From Actinomycetota bacterium (lineage in GTDB: Bacteria; Actinomycetota; UBA4738; HRBIN12), in NCBI GenBank assembly GCA_035249905.1, contig DATFFT010000004.1, positions 395 through 64,394 of the forward strand: 64,000 bases of DNA, in the 5' to 3' direction. This document shows positions 46,037-54,969 of the stretch, one piece after another. Position 1 is the stretch's first letter, and each line of letters opens with the position of its first letter. The position numbers and the translations under genes were made by a program. Below the pieces are notes generated by a model. The model saw only the letters and a list, made by a program, of their open reading frames with translations. It was not told the origin of the DNA and made no database searches.

Positions 46037-46708
46037 TCAGGATCGGTCGCGCCGGCCCGGGGCGACCAGGCCCGACTCGTAGGCCATGACCACGAGCTGG
46101 GCCCGGTCCCGGGCTCCGAGCTTCACCATCGCGCGGCTCACGTGCGTCTTCGCGGTCGCCGGGCTCACGAACAACCGCTTCGCGATCTCGTCGTTCGACA
46201 GACCTTCGGCAACGAGCGACATCACCTCGCGTTCACGATCCGTCAGGCGCTCGAGATCACCCGACGGGCGGGGTTCCTTGGTGCGCGCCGCGAACTCCTC
46301 GATGAGGCTCCTCGTGACCGTCGGCGACAGCAGGGCGTCGCCCCCGGCGACCACGCGCACCGCCTGGATCAACTCGTTCGGTTCGGTGTCCTTGACCAGG
46401 AACCCGCTCGCCCCCGAGCGGATCGCCTCGAAGACGTACTCGTCGAGGCCGAACGTCGTGAGGATCACGACCTTGGTGTCGCCGAGGCGATCGTCCGACA
46501 CGATCTGCCGGGTCGCAGCGAGGCCGTCGATCTTCGGCATGCGGATGTCCATCAGCACCACGTCGGGCGCCAGCTCGATCGCCCGGCGCAGAGCCTCGTC
46601 GCCGTCACCGGCCTCACCGACGACCTCGATGTCGTCCTGGGCGTCGAGCAGCGCCCTGAAGCCCGCCCGCACGAGCCCCTGATCGTCGGCGAGCAGCACG
46701 CCGATCAT
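46037..46708 (-). CDS. response regulator, NarL/LuxR family
   Basis: REC MIGVLLADDQGLVRAGF..VLMDIRMPKIDG plus HTH LTDREREVMSLVAEGLSNDEIAKRLFVSPATAKTHVSRAMVKLG. ATGA-coupled to the upstream gene. Confidence 0.92.
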   Translation of the reverse strand: MIGVLLADDQGLVRAGFRALLDAQDDIEVVGEAGDGDEALRRAIELAPDVVLMDIRMPKIDGLAATRQIVSDDRLGDTKVVILTTFGLDEYVFEAIRSGASGFLVKDTEPNELIQAVRVVAGGDALLSPTVTRSLIEEFAARTKEPRPSGDLERLTDREREVMSLVAEGLSNDEIAKRLFVSPATAKTHVSRAMVKLGARDRAQLVVMAYESGLVAPGRRDRS

Positions 46709-47658
46709 GACGCCGCCGCGTCCGTCACCGTGAACAGCCGCCAACGGTCCGGCACGCCCCTCAGCGAGTGTTCACCACGGTCGGCGAAGGTGATGCCCGA
46801 GCCGGCGACGAGGTCCCGCACGGTGCTCGACGCGACGACATCGCCCGGCTCGGCCGACCCGAGCACTCGCGAGCCGATGTGGACGGCGATACCCCCCACG
46901 TCGTCGCCCCGAAGCTCGACCTCGCCGGCGTGTAGCCCGATGCGCACCTGGACCCCCTCGGAGGCGAGCGCGTCGCGGATCGACACCGCGCACCGGATCG
47001 CGCGCGCCGGCGCATCGAACAGCGCAAGGAACCCGTCGCCGGTCGTCTTGACCTCCCGGCCTCCATGCATCTCGAGCTCACGCCGGATCAGCGCGTCGTG
47101 TCGGTCGAGCACGTCGCGCCACCCACGGTCGCCGGCTTCAACCGCACGTTCGGTCGACGAGACGATGTCGCTGAACATCACGGTCGCGAGCACACGATCC
47201 GACGCCGATCCGGCCGGCAGGGTCGCCTCCCCCCCGTCGGCGATCGCCTCGATCACCTGCTTCGCGACGCGCGGCGAGAGCGACGCCCCGCCGCGTGCGA
47301 TCGCCCTGACCCCTTGCACGAGCTCGGCAGGTTCGGTGTCCTTGAGCAGGAATCCGCTCGCGCCCACCCGCAGGGCTTCGAAGACGTACTCGTCGAGGTC
47401 GAACGTCGTGAGGATCACGATGCGGGTGCGATCGAGACGCTCGTCGGCGACGATGCGACGGGTGGCCTCGAGCCCGTCGACGCCCGGCATGCGGATGTCC
47501 ATCAGCACCACATCGGGCGTGAGCTCGGACGCCTTGCGCACGGCCGCGTCGCCGTCGTCGGCCTCGCCGACCACCTCGATGTCGTCCTGGGCGTCGAGGA
47601 GCACACGGAACCCGGCCCGAACCAGTGCCTGGTCGTCGGCGAGCAGCACCGTGATCAT
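46705..47658 (-). CDS. response regulator with class III adenylate/guanylate cyclase output domain
   Basis: NarL-type REC (98/129 identical to the neighbouring RR by hand count), then ATVMFSDIVSST...VKTTGDGFLALF...GIAVHIGSRV...LRGVPDRWRLF. ATGA-coupled to the kinase. Confidence 0.9.
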   Translation of the reverse strand: MITVLLADDQALVRAGFRVLLDAQDDIEVVGEADDGDAAVRKASELTPDVVLMDIRMPGVDGLEATRRIVADERLDRTRIVILTTFDLDEYVFEALRVGASGFLLKDTEPAELVQGVRAIARGGASLSPRVAKQVIEAIADGGEATLPAGSASDRVLATVMFSDIVSSTERAVEAGDRGWRDVLDRHDALIRRELEMHGGREVKTTGDGFLALFDAPARAIRCAVSIRDALASEGVQVRIGLHAGEVELRGDDVGGIAVHIGSRVLGSAEPGDVVASSTVRDLVAGSGITFADRGEHSLRGVPDRWRLFTVTDAAAS

Positions 47659-48824
47659 CGGGCGCCCTCCAGCGGAAGCCTGGCCCGCACGCGGAACCCA
47701 CCGCCGGGCTTGGGGCCGGCCTCGAGATCGCCACCCAGCGCAGCAGCGCGTTCGCGCATGCCGAGCACACCCTTCCCGGTGCCGGGCGTCGTGGCCGTGG
47801 AGATCCCGTTCCCGTCGTCGTCGACCTCCACCGTGAGGGCATCGTTCCCGTAGCCCAGGCGCACCGTGGCGCTCGCCTGCCCCGCGTGGCGGGCGACGTT
47901 GGTGAGCGCCTCCTGCACGATGCGGAACGCGGCCACGTCGACCCCGAACGGCAGCGGGTGCACGTCGCCGTCGGTCTCTGTGCGAACCTCGATGCCCGCT
48001 GCGGCGGCCTGCGTGACCAGGTCGTCGATGCGATCCAGCGACGAGGTCGGCGTGCGCGGCGCCCGCTCCCCCTGCTGGCGCAGGATCTCGAGCACCGACC
48101 GGAGCTCGGTCAAGGCCTCTCCGCTCGACTGCTTGATCGCCGTGAGCGACCCACGCACCGGCTCGGGCAGTTCCTCGTTCACGTGCAACGCCACTCCGGC
48201 CTGCACGCTGATCAACGAGAGATGGTGACCCAGCGCGTCGTGCAGCTCACGAGCGATGCGCAGGCGCTCTTCGGTGGCCCGCGCCCGGGCCTCCTCCTCG
48301 TGCACGCGGAGTGCCTCCGCCGCTCGCTCGCGCCTGATTCGGATGAACTCCGCGGCGCCCAGCAGCACGAGCAGCCACGCGGCGAGCGCGACGAGGGCGC
48401 CGAGCGACGGGGCTGCACGGTCCCGCAGCAGGCGGTCGATCCACGGGAACACCAGGAAGCCGGCCACGGCGAACCCCGCCGCGACGATGCCCTTCCCGCG
48501 GATCACGGCGCTGAAGTACGCGATGATCAGCGGGATCCAGATCGGACCCTGCGCGTACCCGAGGCCCAGGTAAGCGAAGGTCGCGACGAAGACGACCGCC
48601 AACGTCGCGACCGGGTGACGTCGCCGCGCGGTGAGCGCCCCCGCGGCGACGAGCAGGATCGCGACAGCTACAGCGTCGAAGGGTCGGCGCTCGGGCTGAC
48701 CTTGCGATGCGAAATACGTGCCGATCGTGATGAAGACGGCGACACCGACGCTGAGCGCCCCGTCGATCCACAGGCTCGTGCGTGCAGCCGGTGGAAAGTG
48801 CGAGATCGGTTCTCTCGCCGACAT
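47655..48824 (-). CDS. sensor histidine kinase (HisKA_3, multi-TM sensor)
   Basis: 5-6 N-terminal TM helices, H-box ERLRIARELHDALGHHLSLI, HATPase VDDDGNGI..GKGVLGMRERAAALGG. The upstream 340 aa of the 732-aa track ORF are a shadow frame. Confidence 0.9.
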   Translation of the reverse strand: MSAREPISHFPPAARTSLWIDGALSVGVAVFITIGTYFASQGQPERRPFDAVAVAILLVAAGALTARRRHPVATLAVVFVATFAYLGLGYAQGPIWIPLIIAYFSAVIRGKGIVAAGFAVAGFLVFPWIDRLLRDRAAPSLGALVALAAWLLVLLGAAEFIRIRRERAAEALRVHEEEARARATEERLRIARELHDALGHHLSLISVQAGVALHVNEELPEPVRGSLTAIKQSSGEALTELRSVLEILRQQGERAPRTPTSSLDRIDDLVTQAAAAGIEVRTETDGDVHPLPFGVDVAAFRIVQEALTNVARHAGQASATVRLGYGNDALTVEVDDDGNGISTATTPGTGKGVLGMRERAAALGGDLEAGPKPGGGFRVRARLPLEGAR

Positions 48825-48969
48825 GCTTGGAGCGTAGGTCGGGCCGGAAGGAAGCGTCATCGCCCCCGGGGAGCGGTCCGGTCTACGCCCGCCGGCGTAG
48901 GCGGGCTCGGCCCCCTCGACTCGGCCCCCTCGATGAGTTCTCGCTCGCCGATCGGTCTTGTGTGCAGGG

Positions 48970-49350
48970 ATGACGACCACCTTCAGGCTGGACGGGCCCG
49001 TGGACCGGGCCGAGATCCCCGCGCTGTGCGAGCGCTTGCGCACCGTGCTCGCGCGCGAGGGCGCGGGACCGGTGGTCTTCGACATCAGCTCGCTCGAGGG
49101 GCCCGACGCCGCGACCGTCGAAGCGTTGGCCAGGTTGCAGCTCACGGCGTTGCGGTCGGGGCGGCGGATCCGCCTGCGCAGCGCGTGCTGCGAGCTCCAG
49201 GACCTGCTCGCGCTCGTGGGGCTCGTCGAGCTCCTGCCGGTCGTCGAGCCGGCAGGTCGGTCACGCGTCGAGCCGCTCCGGCTGACCGAACAGCGGGAAG
49301 AGCTCCGCGGTGTCGAGGAAGAACGTGATCCCGGAGATCCGGCCGCCTGA
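48970..49350 (+). CDS. STAS-domain protein with acidic C-terminal tail
   Basis: MTTTFRLDGPVDRAEIPALCERLRTVLAREGAGPVVFDISSLEGPDAATVEALARLQLTA..., with tail EQREELRGVEEERDPGDPAA. The 3' 90 nt overlap the convergent sigma gene. Confidence 0.65.
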   Translation: MTTTFRLDGPVDRAEIPALCERLRTVLAREGAGPVVFDISSLEGPDAATVEALARLQLTALRSGRRIRLRSACCELQDLLALVGLVELLPVVEPAGRSRVEPLRLTEQREELRGVEEERDPGDPAA

Positions 49351-50244
49351 GAGCTCGAGGACCTGGAGCGACCAGGGTTCGAACCCGCCGCCGGGCGCCG
49401 GCTTGTATTGAGCGAACGCCGGCGAGCCGTTGGCCTCGACCGGCACCAGCCTCGACCCGCGGCACGCGATGCCCGGTCCGAGGCACCACGTGCGGATGTC
49501 GTCGTGGGTCTGCAGCCAGAGCCGGTAGGGAGGCATCGACCAGGAAGCGTCATCGCGGAGCAGCGACGTGAGCGCATCCATGTCGTAGCGCTCGAACGCG
49601 TCGACGTAGCGGTCGAGCAGCGAACGCTGGTCGTCGTCGAGCGGGCGAAGCGACTCGCCGTCGGCGGCGTCGGCGCTCTCGAGGGTGGCGTGGGCGCGCT
49701 GCAGCGCGCTGTTGACCGACGCGACCGTGGTGTCGAGCAGCTCCGCGACCTCCGATGCCTTCCAGCGGAAGACGTCACGCAACACGAGCACCGCTCGCTG
49801 CTTCGGGGGCAGATGCTGCAGGGCGGCCATGAAGGCGAGCCGGATCGTCTCACGGGCCTCGGCCACCTCGGCCGGGTCGCCGTCGGGGTGGACCACGCGG
49901 CCGTCGGGGATCGGCATGATCCACGTGGCCTCGGGCATCGCGTCGCCCATCAGCGAGACGTCGGCGACCTGCGCGGGCCCGAGGTCCATCGGGCGGGCCC
50001 GGCGCTCCTTCCCGCCGAGCATGTCGAGGCAGACGTTCGTCGCGATGCGGTAGAGCCACGAGCGGAGCGACGAGCGCCCCTCGAAGCTATCGTGGGCCCG
50101 CCACGCGCGCAGCATCGTCTCCTGCACGGCGTCCTCGGTCTCGAACGCGGAACCGAGCATGCGGTAGGCGTACGCGGTCAGCTCGCGCCGATACTGCTCG
50201 AGGCCGAGCTCCAGGTCGTCGGGCGCACGAACCATGCCCTCCAC
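49261..50244 (-). CDS. ECF sigma factor, SigG-like, with NTF2/SnoaL-like C-terminal extension
   Basis: YRRELTAYAYRMLGSAFETEDAVQETMLRAW; LPPKQRAVLVLRDVFRWKASEVAELLDTTVASVNSALQRAH; C-terminal about 130 aa. Confidence 0.9.
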   Translation of the reverse strand: MEGMVRAPDDLELGLEQYRRELTAYAYRMLGSAFETEDAVQETMLRAWRAHDSFEGRSSLRSWLYRIATNVCLDMLGGKERRARPMDLGPAQVADVSLMGDAMPEATWIMPIPDGRVVHPDGDPAEVAEARETIRLAFMAALQHLPPKQRAVLVLRDVFRWKASEVAELLDTTVASVNSALQRAHATLESADAADGESLRPLDDDQRSLLDRYVDAFERYDMDALTSLLRDDASWSMPPYRLWLQTHDDIRTWCLGPGIACRGSRLVPVEANGSPAFAQYKPAPGGGFEPWSLQVLELSGGRISGITFFLDTAELFPLFGQPERLDA

Positions 50245-50286
50245 CCTACGACCGATCGACGACAGCTCCTGGCTCGCGAAGATGGC

Positions 50287-50703
50287 TCAGACCCCGGCTG
50301 CTAAGTGGGCGATCTCCCAGATGTGCCCTCCCGGGTCCTGGAAGCTCGCGGTTCGGATCCCCCAGGGCCGGTCCATCGGTCCGTTCAACAGCTCGACGCC
50401 ACGCTCCTTCAGCTCGGCGCACGTGACGTCGACGTCCTCGACGCCGAGCGTGAACTGGAACCGAACCCCTGAATCGCGCTTCCTGACGATGGCCGGCTCG
50501 ATCAGCTCGGGTGCCCCGCTCACCGCCAGCAGGTTGACGAGCGTCTCTCCGAACCGGAAGACGGCGGAATCGTGGTTCTCGAACTCGACGGCGAGATCGA
50601 ACACCTGCTGGTAGAAGCGCTTCGAAGCCTCCAGGTCCTCCGTGAACAACGTGACCGCGGCGATCGAGCCCGGCCACGCTTTCGGTTCGGTGCTCATCGA
50701 CAT
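50287..50703 (-). CDS. VOC/glyoxalase family protein
   Basis: IAAVTLFTEDLEASKRFYQQVF...ASFQDPGGHIWEIA. SD AGGAGGGGAG before ATG 50703. Confidence 0.88.
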   Translation of the reverse strand: MSMSTEPKAWPGSIAAVTLFTEDLEASKRFYQQVFDLAVEFENHDSAVFRFGETLVNLLAVSGAPELIEPAIVRKRDSGVRFQFTLGVEDVDVTCAELKERGVELLNGPMDRPWGIRTASFQDPGGHIWEIAHLAAGV

Positions 50704-50833
50704 GCTCCCCTCCTGCTCGTCCGTCCATCGGCCCGAGGTGCCTCTGGACGCCATTCAGACCCGTCGGAGCGAGCAGACTCATCGGTCGCCCGTCGTTTGA
50801 CCTTCTCCACTCCGACGCCCTAGGGTCCCGCCC

Positions 50834-51988
50834 ATGTCCCCCCGACGGATCGCCTCATTGTCCTCGCTCGTCCTCTCGGCGCTCATCCTCGCGGCCCTCC
50901 CCGCTCGAGCGGGGACTCCGCCGGGTGGCCGGCCCCTCCAGCGCGCGATCGACCACCTCACCGAACGTCCCGAGGGACCGCCGGGCGCGATCGTCGTCGT
51001 ACAGCGCGGGTCGCGCCTCAGGGTCTTCCGGGCGGGTGTCGCGAACGTGCGCACGGGCAGGCCGATGCAACCCTGGAAGCACATGCGCATCGCCAGCACC
51101 GCCAAGGCCTATAGCGGCGGCGTCGCGCTCTCGCTGGTGGACCGGGGACTCCTCTCCCTCGACGACACGATCGCCGAGCTGCTTCCCTGGGCTCCGGACG
51201 CATGGGGCGAGGTCACGCTCGGCCAGGCCCTGCACCACACCAGCGGGATCCCCGACTTCTCGATGAGCCAGGCGTTCCTGGACCACCTGCTCGCCAACCT
51301 CGACGATCCGGTCGAGCCCAGGCAGCTGCTCGGGTTCGTCGCCGACGAGGACCTGGAGTTCGAACCCGGCACCGAGTATCGCTACTCGAACTCCGACAAC
51401 GTCGTCGTCGCGCTCATGGCGGCGAAGGTCACCGGTCATCGCTACGAGCGCGTGCTGCGCGACGAGGCCCTGCGGCCGCTTCGGCTCCGCGACACGAGCC
51501 TGCCCAGCGGCGTCGAGATGCCGCGGCCGTACATCCGCGGATACGACTTCGACGACCAGGGCGTTCCCGAAGACGTGAGCGAGCTGTTCGCGGCCGGCTA
51601 TGCATGGGCATCGGGCGGCATCGTGTCGACGCCGTTCGAGCAGAACCGGTTCATCCGCGCGTACGTGGGACGTGAGCTGTTCGGCGCCCCCACCCGAGCC
51701 GAGCAGTTCGTCTTCATCCCGGGCGGCTCCTCGGAGCCGCCGGGACCCGGGCGCAACGCCGCCGGGCTCGCGATCTTCCGGTACCGCACCCGCTGCGGCA
51801 CGATGTTCGGTCACACCGGCAACACGGCCGGCTACACGCAGTTCTTCGCCGGGTCACGGAGCGGCCGTCGCTCGGTCGTGGTGGCGGTCAACCGGCAGAC
51901 CACGCCGACGACAGCGCCCGAGGTCTTCCGGGAGCTGCGACGGGTCTACACGCTCGCCGTGTGCACGCTGAACTCGGACCGGCGCTAG
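50834..51988 (+). CDS. serine hydrolase, beta-lactamase/DD-peptidase (class C-like) family, secreted
   Basis: Signal peptide MSPRRIASLSSLVLSALILAALPARA; SxxK = ASTAK; YSN = YRYSNSD; HTG = GHTGNTAGY. Confidence 0.9.
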   Translation: MSPRRIASLSSLVLSALILAALPARAGTPPGGRPLQRAIDHLTERPEGPPGAIVVVQRGSRLRVFRAGVANVRTGRPMQPWKHMRIASTAKAYSGGVALSLVDRGLLSLDDTIAELLPWAPDAWGEVTLGQALHHTSGIPDFSMSQAFLDHLLANLDDPVEPRQLLGFVADEDLEFEPGTEYRYSNSDNVVVALMAAKVTGHRYERVLRDEALRPLRLRDTSLPSGVEMPRPYIRGYDFDDQGVPEDVSELFAAGYAWASGGIVSTPFEQNRFIRAYVGRELFGAPTRAEQFVFIPGGSSEPPGPGRNAAGLAIFRYRTRCGTMFGHTGNTAGYTQFFAGSRSGRRSVVVAVNRQTTPTTAPEVFRELRRVYTLAVCTLNSDRR

Positions 51989-52006
51989 CCGGGTCCCGCG
52001 CACACC

Positions 52007-53188
52007 TCACCGCAGCGAGGCGGCCGGCACCTGCTTCCTCGGATCGACGAATGGGATCGCGGCGGTCGTGCCGACGAGGTGGCCGTGCTGGGACTCGACG
52101 TCGAGCCGGGTGCCGGGATCCGAGAGCTCGACCGGGACCCACACGTAGCCGATGTTCCGCTCGAGACGCGGCGACCAGACCGCGTCGGTGACGCGACCGA
52201 CCTCCTTCCCGTCGTGGAAGACGGGCCAGAAGTCGGCGGGATCGATCTCGAACCCGCCCTCGGCTTCGAGCTCGATGCCCACGAGCTTGTCCCTGACGCC
52301 CTCGACGCGGATGCGCTCGAGAGCGTCCTTGCCGATGTAGTCCTGGGGCTGTTCCTCGACGAGCCGCTCGAGACCCATGACCTGGAACGGATTGTGCTCG
52401 ATCGTCATGTCGGAGCCGAGGTTCATCATGCCGGCCTCGATGCGCTTGGCCATGCTCGGCGCGGCGACACGGATGCCGAACTCCTCCCCCGCTGCGAGCA
52501 CGGCTTCCCAGAGCGCGTCGCCATGGGAGAAGTCCAGGCAGTTCACCTCGAACCCGGGCGCCGCGGTGAATCCGGTGCGGCTGATCACGACCGGCATGCC
52601 GTCGATCTCGAAACGATCGCACCAGTAGTAGCGCAGCTCGTAGATCGCGGAGCCGACGAGCTTCTCGAGCGTCTTCGCCGACGACGGGCCCTGCACCTGC
52701 ATCGGGTACACGTCAGGGTGGAAGACGTTGACGTCGAGGCCGAGCCCCGTGGCGACGCCGAGCGCGTACAGGCCGGCGTCGGAGTCGGCGCACTGCATCC
52801 ACCATCGGCCCTCGTCGACGTGCAGCAGCACCGGGTCGTTCACGATGCCGCCGTCGTGGGCGGTGACCAGCATATACTTGGCCTGCTTCACCTCGCACCT
52901 CGTGAGGTCGCGGCAGGTCAGCATGTCGATCAAGCGGTCCGCATCGGGACCGCTGACCTCGATCGTCCACTCCGCGCCCACGTCCCAGACCACGACCCCG
53001 GAAAGCAGCAGCTCGTACTCGACGTTCGGGTCGTCGTAGTAGCCGGGGAGCAACGTGTGGTTGTACACGTCGTAGGCCTTGCACCCGGCTCGCACCGTGG
53101 CCTCGAAGTACGGCGACCGCCGATACCAGGGCCCCGGGAACAACGTCGTCTCGGTCAGGAAGCGCTCCGCGCCCATCGATCCCTCCAT
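52007..53188 (-). CDS. aminomethyltransferase (GcvT/folate-binding) family protein
   Basis: WDVGAEWTIEVSGPDADRLIDMLTCRDL..., ISRTGFTAAPGFEV, and a C-terminal barrel LVGIELE....GRVTDAVWSPRLERNIGYVWVP. Confidence 0.85.
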   Translation of the reverse strand: MEGSMGAERFLTETTLFPGPWYRRSPYFEATVRAGCKAYDVYNHTLLPGYYDDPNVEYELLLSGVVVWDVGAEWTIEVSGPDADRLIDMLTCRDLTRCEVKQAKYMLVTAHDGGIVNDPVLLHVDEGRWWMQCADSDAGLYALGVATGLGLDVNVFHPDVYPMQVQGPSSAKTLEKLVGSAIYELRYYWCDRFEIDGMPVVISRTGFTAAPGFEVNCLDFSHGDALWEAVLAAGEEFGIRVAAPSMAKRIEAGMMNLGSDMTIEHNPFQVMGLERLVEEQPQDYIGKDALERIRVEGVRDKLVGIELEAEGGFEIDPADFWPVFHDGKEVGRVTDAVWSPRLERNIGYVWVPVELSDPGTRLDVESQHGHLVGTTAAIPFVDPRKQVPAASLR

Positions 53189-53289
53189 CTCGCTCGATCG
53201 GTGGGTTCTACTACGTCGGACCGTCCATGCGTTACCCGGGAGCGGCCGATGGGTTGAGCGCTCTCGCAGGTGGGGACGAAGATGGGGTC

Positions 53290-54939
53290 ATGTCTCGCCC
53301 TCCCGAGCCTGCCTCGGTCTCCCCCGTGTTGATCGGCATCGCGCTCGCGGCGCCCTTGATCGGACTGGCGCTGCTGCTCGGCTTCCCGTCGCTCGACCTG
53401 CGATGGGAGCACCACCCGTCACACTTCTGGCTGGTGTCGGGGGTCGCCGCCGTGAACGTCGTCCTGGGGGTGCTGGTGAGCGAGGCCGCTCGTCAGCGCC
53501 GGGACGTCCGGCTGTTCCTGGTGTCCATGGTGTTGCTCACGAGCGCCGGGTTCCTGGCACTCCATGCGCTCGCCACGCCCGGCGTGGTGCTGGCCGGACC
53601 GAACGGCGGGTTCGCGCTCGCCACGCCCGTCGGGCTGCTGATCGCCTCCGGGTTCGCGGCGGTCTCCGCGCTGGACCTCGAGGCACACGAGGCGTCGCTG
53701 CTGCGGCTGCAACGGCCGATCCGCATCGGGCTGCTGATCGTGATCGTCGCGTGGGCCGCAGCGTCGCTGTTCGAGGTCGGGTTCATGCGTCGCGTCTTCG
53801 AGACGGAGCGTGCCCCTTGGCTGCTCGCGGTCCTGCCCCTGGGCGTCGCGGCGTACGCGTTCGCGGCATGGCGGTACGTGGGCATCTATCGTGCTCGCCG
53901 GCGGCCGCTCCCGCTCGTGATCGCGATGTCGTTCGTGCTCCTCGCCGAGGCGTTGCTCGTGGTCGCGCTCAGCCGAGGCTGGCATCTCTCGTGGTGGGAG
54001 TGGCACGTGCTGATGGCGGGGGCCTTCGCCGCGATCCTGCTCGCGGCGCGCCACGAGTACCGTTCGGAGCGCTCGCTGGTGCGCACGTTCCGAAGCCTCT
54101 ACCTCGAGGGCACCCTCGAGCGTCTCGACGAGCGTCAATCCAGCGCGTTGACGACGCTCGCCCGTGCCGATTCCGAGGGCTCGATCGACGAGGCGGCCGA
54201 GGACCTGCGAACCGAGGGCTTCACGGGCGACGAGGTCGCGGTCCTGGTGCGTTCCGCCCGGCAGCTGTCGACGCTCGAGGGGCTGCTGCGCCGTTACGTC
54301 GGCCCCCAACTCGCCGATCGCCTCAGCGAGGACCCGCGTCTGGCCGACCTCGGGGGCGACGAGCGCGAGGTTTCCGTGCTCTTCGCCGACCTGGCCGGCT
54401 TCACCTCGTTCGCGGAGGGCCGCCCCGCCCCCGAGGTCATCGACATGCTCAACACCTATTGGAGCGAGGTCGTGCCCACCCTCGTCGACCGCGAGGGCGG
54501 GCTCATCGAACGCTTCGCGGGCGACGCCGTCCTGATCATGTTCAACGCCCTGGGCGACCAGCCCGACCACGCGGCCCGCGCCTGCCGGGCCGCGATCGCG
54601 ATGCGCGACGCATCCGAACGGGTGCACGCGGGTTCCAACGACTGGCCACGGTTCCGCGTGGGCGTGAACACCGGCCCGGCCGTGATCGGCAACGTCGGCG
54701 CCGACGTGCACCGTTCATTCTCGGCGATCGGCGACACGACGAACGTCGCGGCCCGTCTGCAGGGGCTATCGACGCCGGGCCACATCACGATCGCGGAGCG
54801 GACCCTTCGGGAAGTGCGCTCGACGGGCGACGGCGACGTCGACGTCGTGCCGCTCGGGGCCGTCGATCTGAAGGGAAAGGCCGAACCGACCGACGCGTTC
54901 GAGCTCCTCTCGATCGGAGAAGCCGGAGCATCGCGATGA
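53290..54939 (+). CDS. integral-membrane class III adenylate/guanylate cyclase
   Basis: About 270 aa multi-TM N-terminal domain, a linker, then VSVLFADLAGFTSF...ERFAGDAVLIMF...GDTTNVAARLQG. Confidence 0.9.
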   Translation: MSRPPEPASVSPVLIGIALAAPLIGLALLLGFPSLDLRWEHHPSHFWLVSGVAAVNVVLGVLVSEAARQRRDVRLFLVSMVLLTSAGFLALHALATPGVVLAGPNGGFALATPVGLLIASGFAAVSALDLEAHEASLLRLQRPIRIGLLIVIVAWAAASLFEVGFMRRVFETERAPWLLAVLPLGVAAYAFAAWRYVGIYRARRRPLPLVIAMSFVLLAEALLVVALSRGWHLSWWEWHVLMAGAFAAILLAARHEYRSERSLVRTFRSLYLEGTLERLDERQSSALTTLARADSEGSIDEAAEDLRTEGFTGDEVAVLVRSARQLSTLEGLLRRYVGPQLADRLSEDPRLADLGGDEREVSVLFADLAGFTSFAEGRPAPEVIDMLNTYWSEVVPTLVDREGGLIERFAGDAVLIMFNALGDQPDHAARACRAAIAMRDASERVHAGSNDWPRFRVGVNTGPAVIGNVGADVHRSFSAIGDTTNVAARLQGLSTPGHITIAERTLREVRSTGDGDVDVVPLGAVDLKGKAEPTDAFELLSIGEAGASR

Positions 54940-54969
54940 CGCCTGACGAGCCCGGGCGCCGAGAACGCG

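Noticed and set aside
46031-46042. Abutting convergent stop codons forming TGATCA
   Set aside because: This is simply two convergent genes ending back to back, with no associated hairpin or repeat.
48825-49853. Upstream extension making the histidine kinase a 732-aa protein
   Set aside because: The extension is Ser/Arg/Pro-rich. It overlaps the STAS gene on the opposite strand and, out of frame on the same strand, the SigG-like sigma gene. ATG 48824 gives a standard multi-TM HisKA_3 kinase.
53189-53289. Possible glycine riboswitch upstream of the GcvT-family gene
   Set aside because: The 100-nt leader region lacks the conserved glycine-riboswitch core elements on the minus strand. The gene is also probably not the canonical gcvT.
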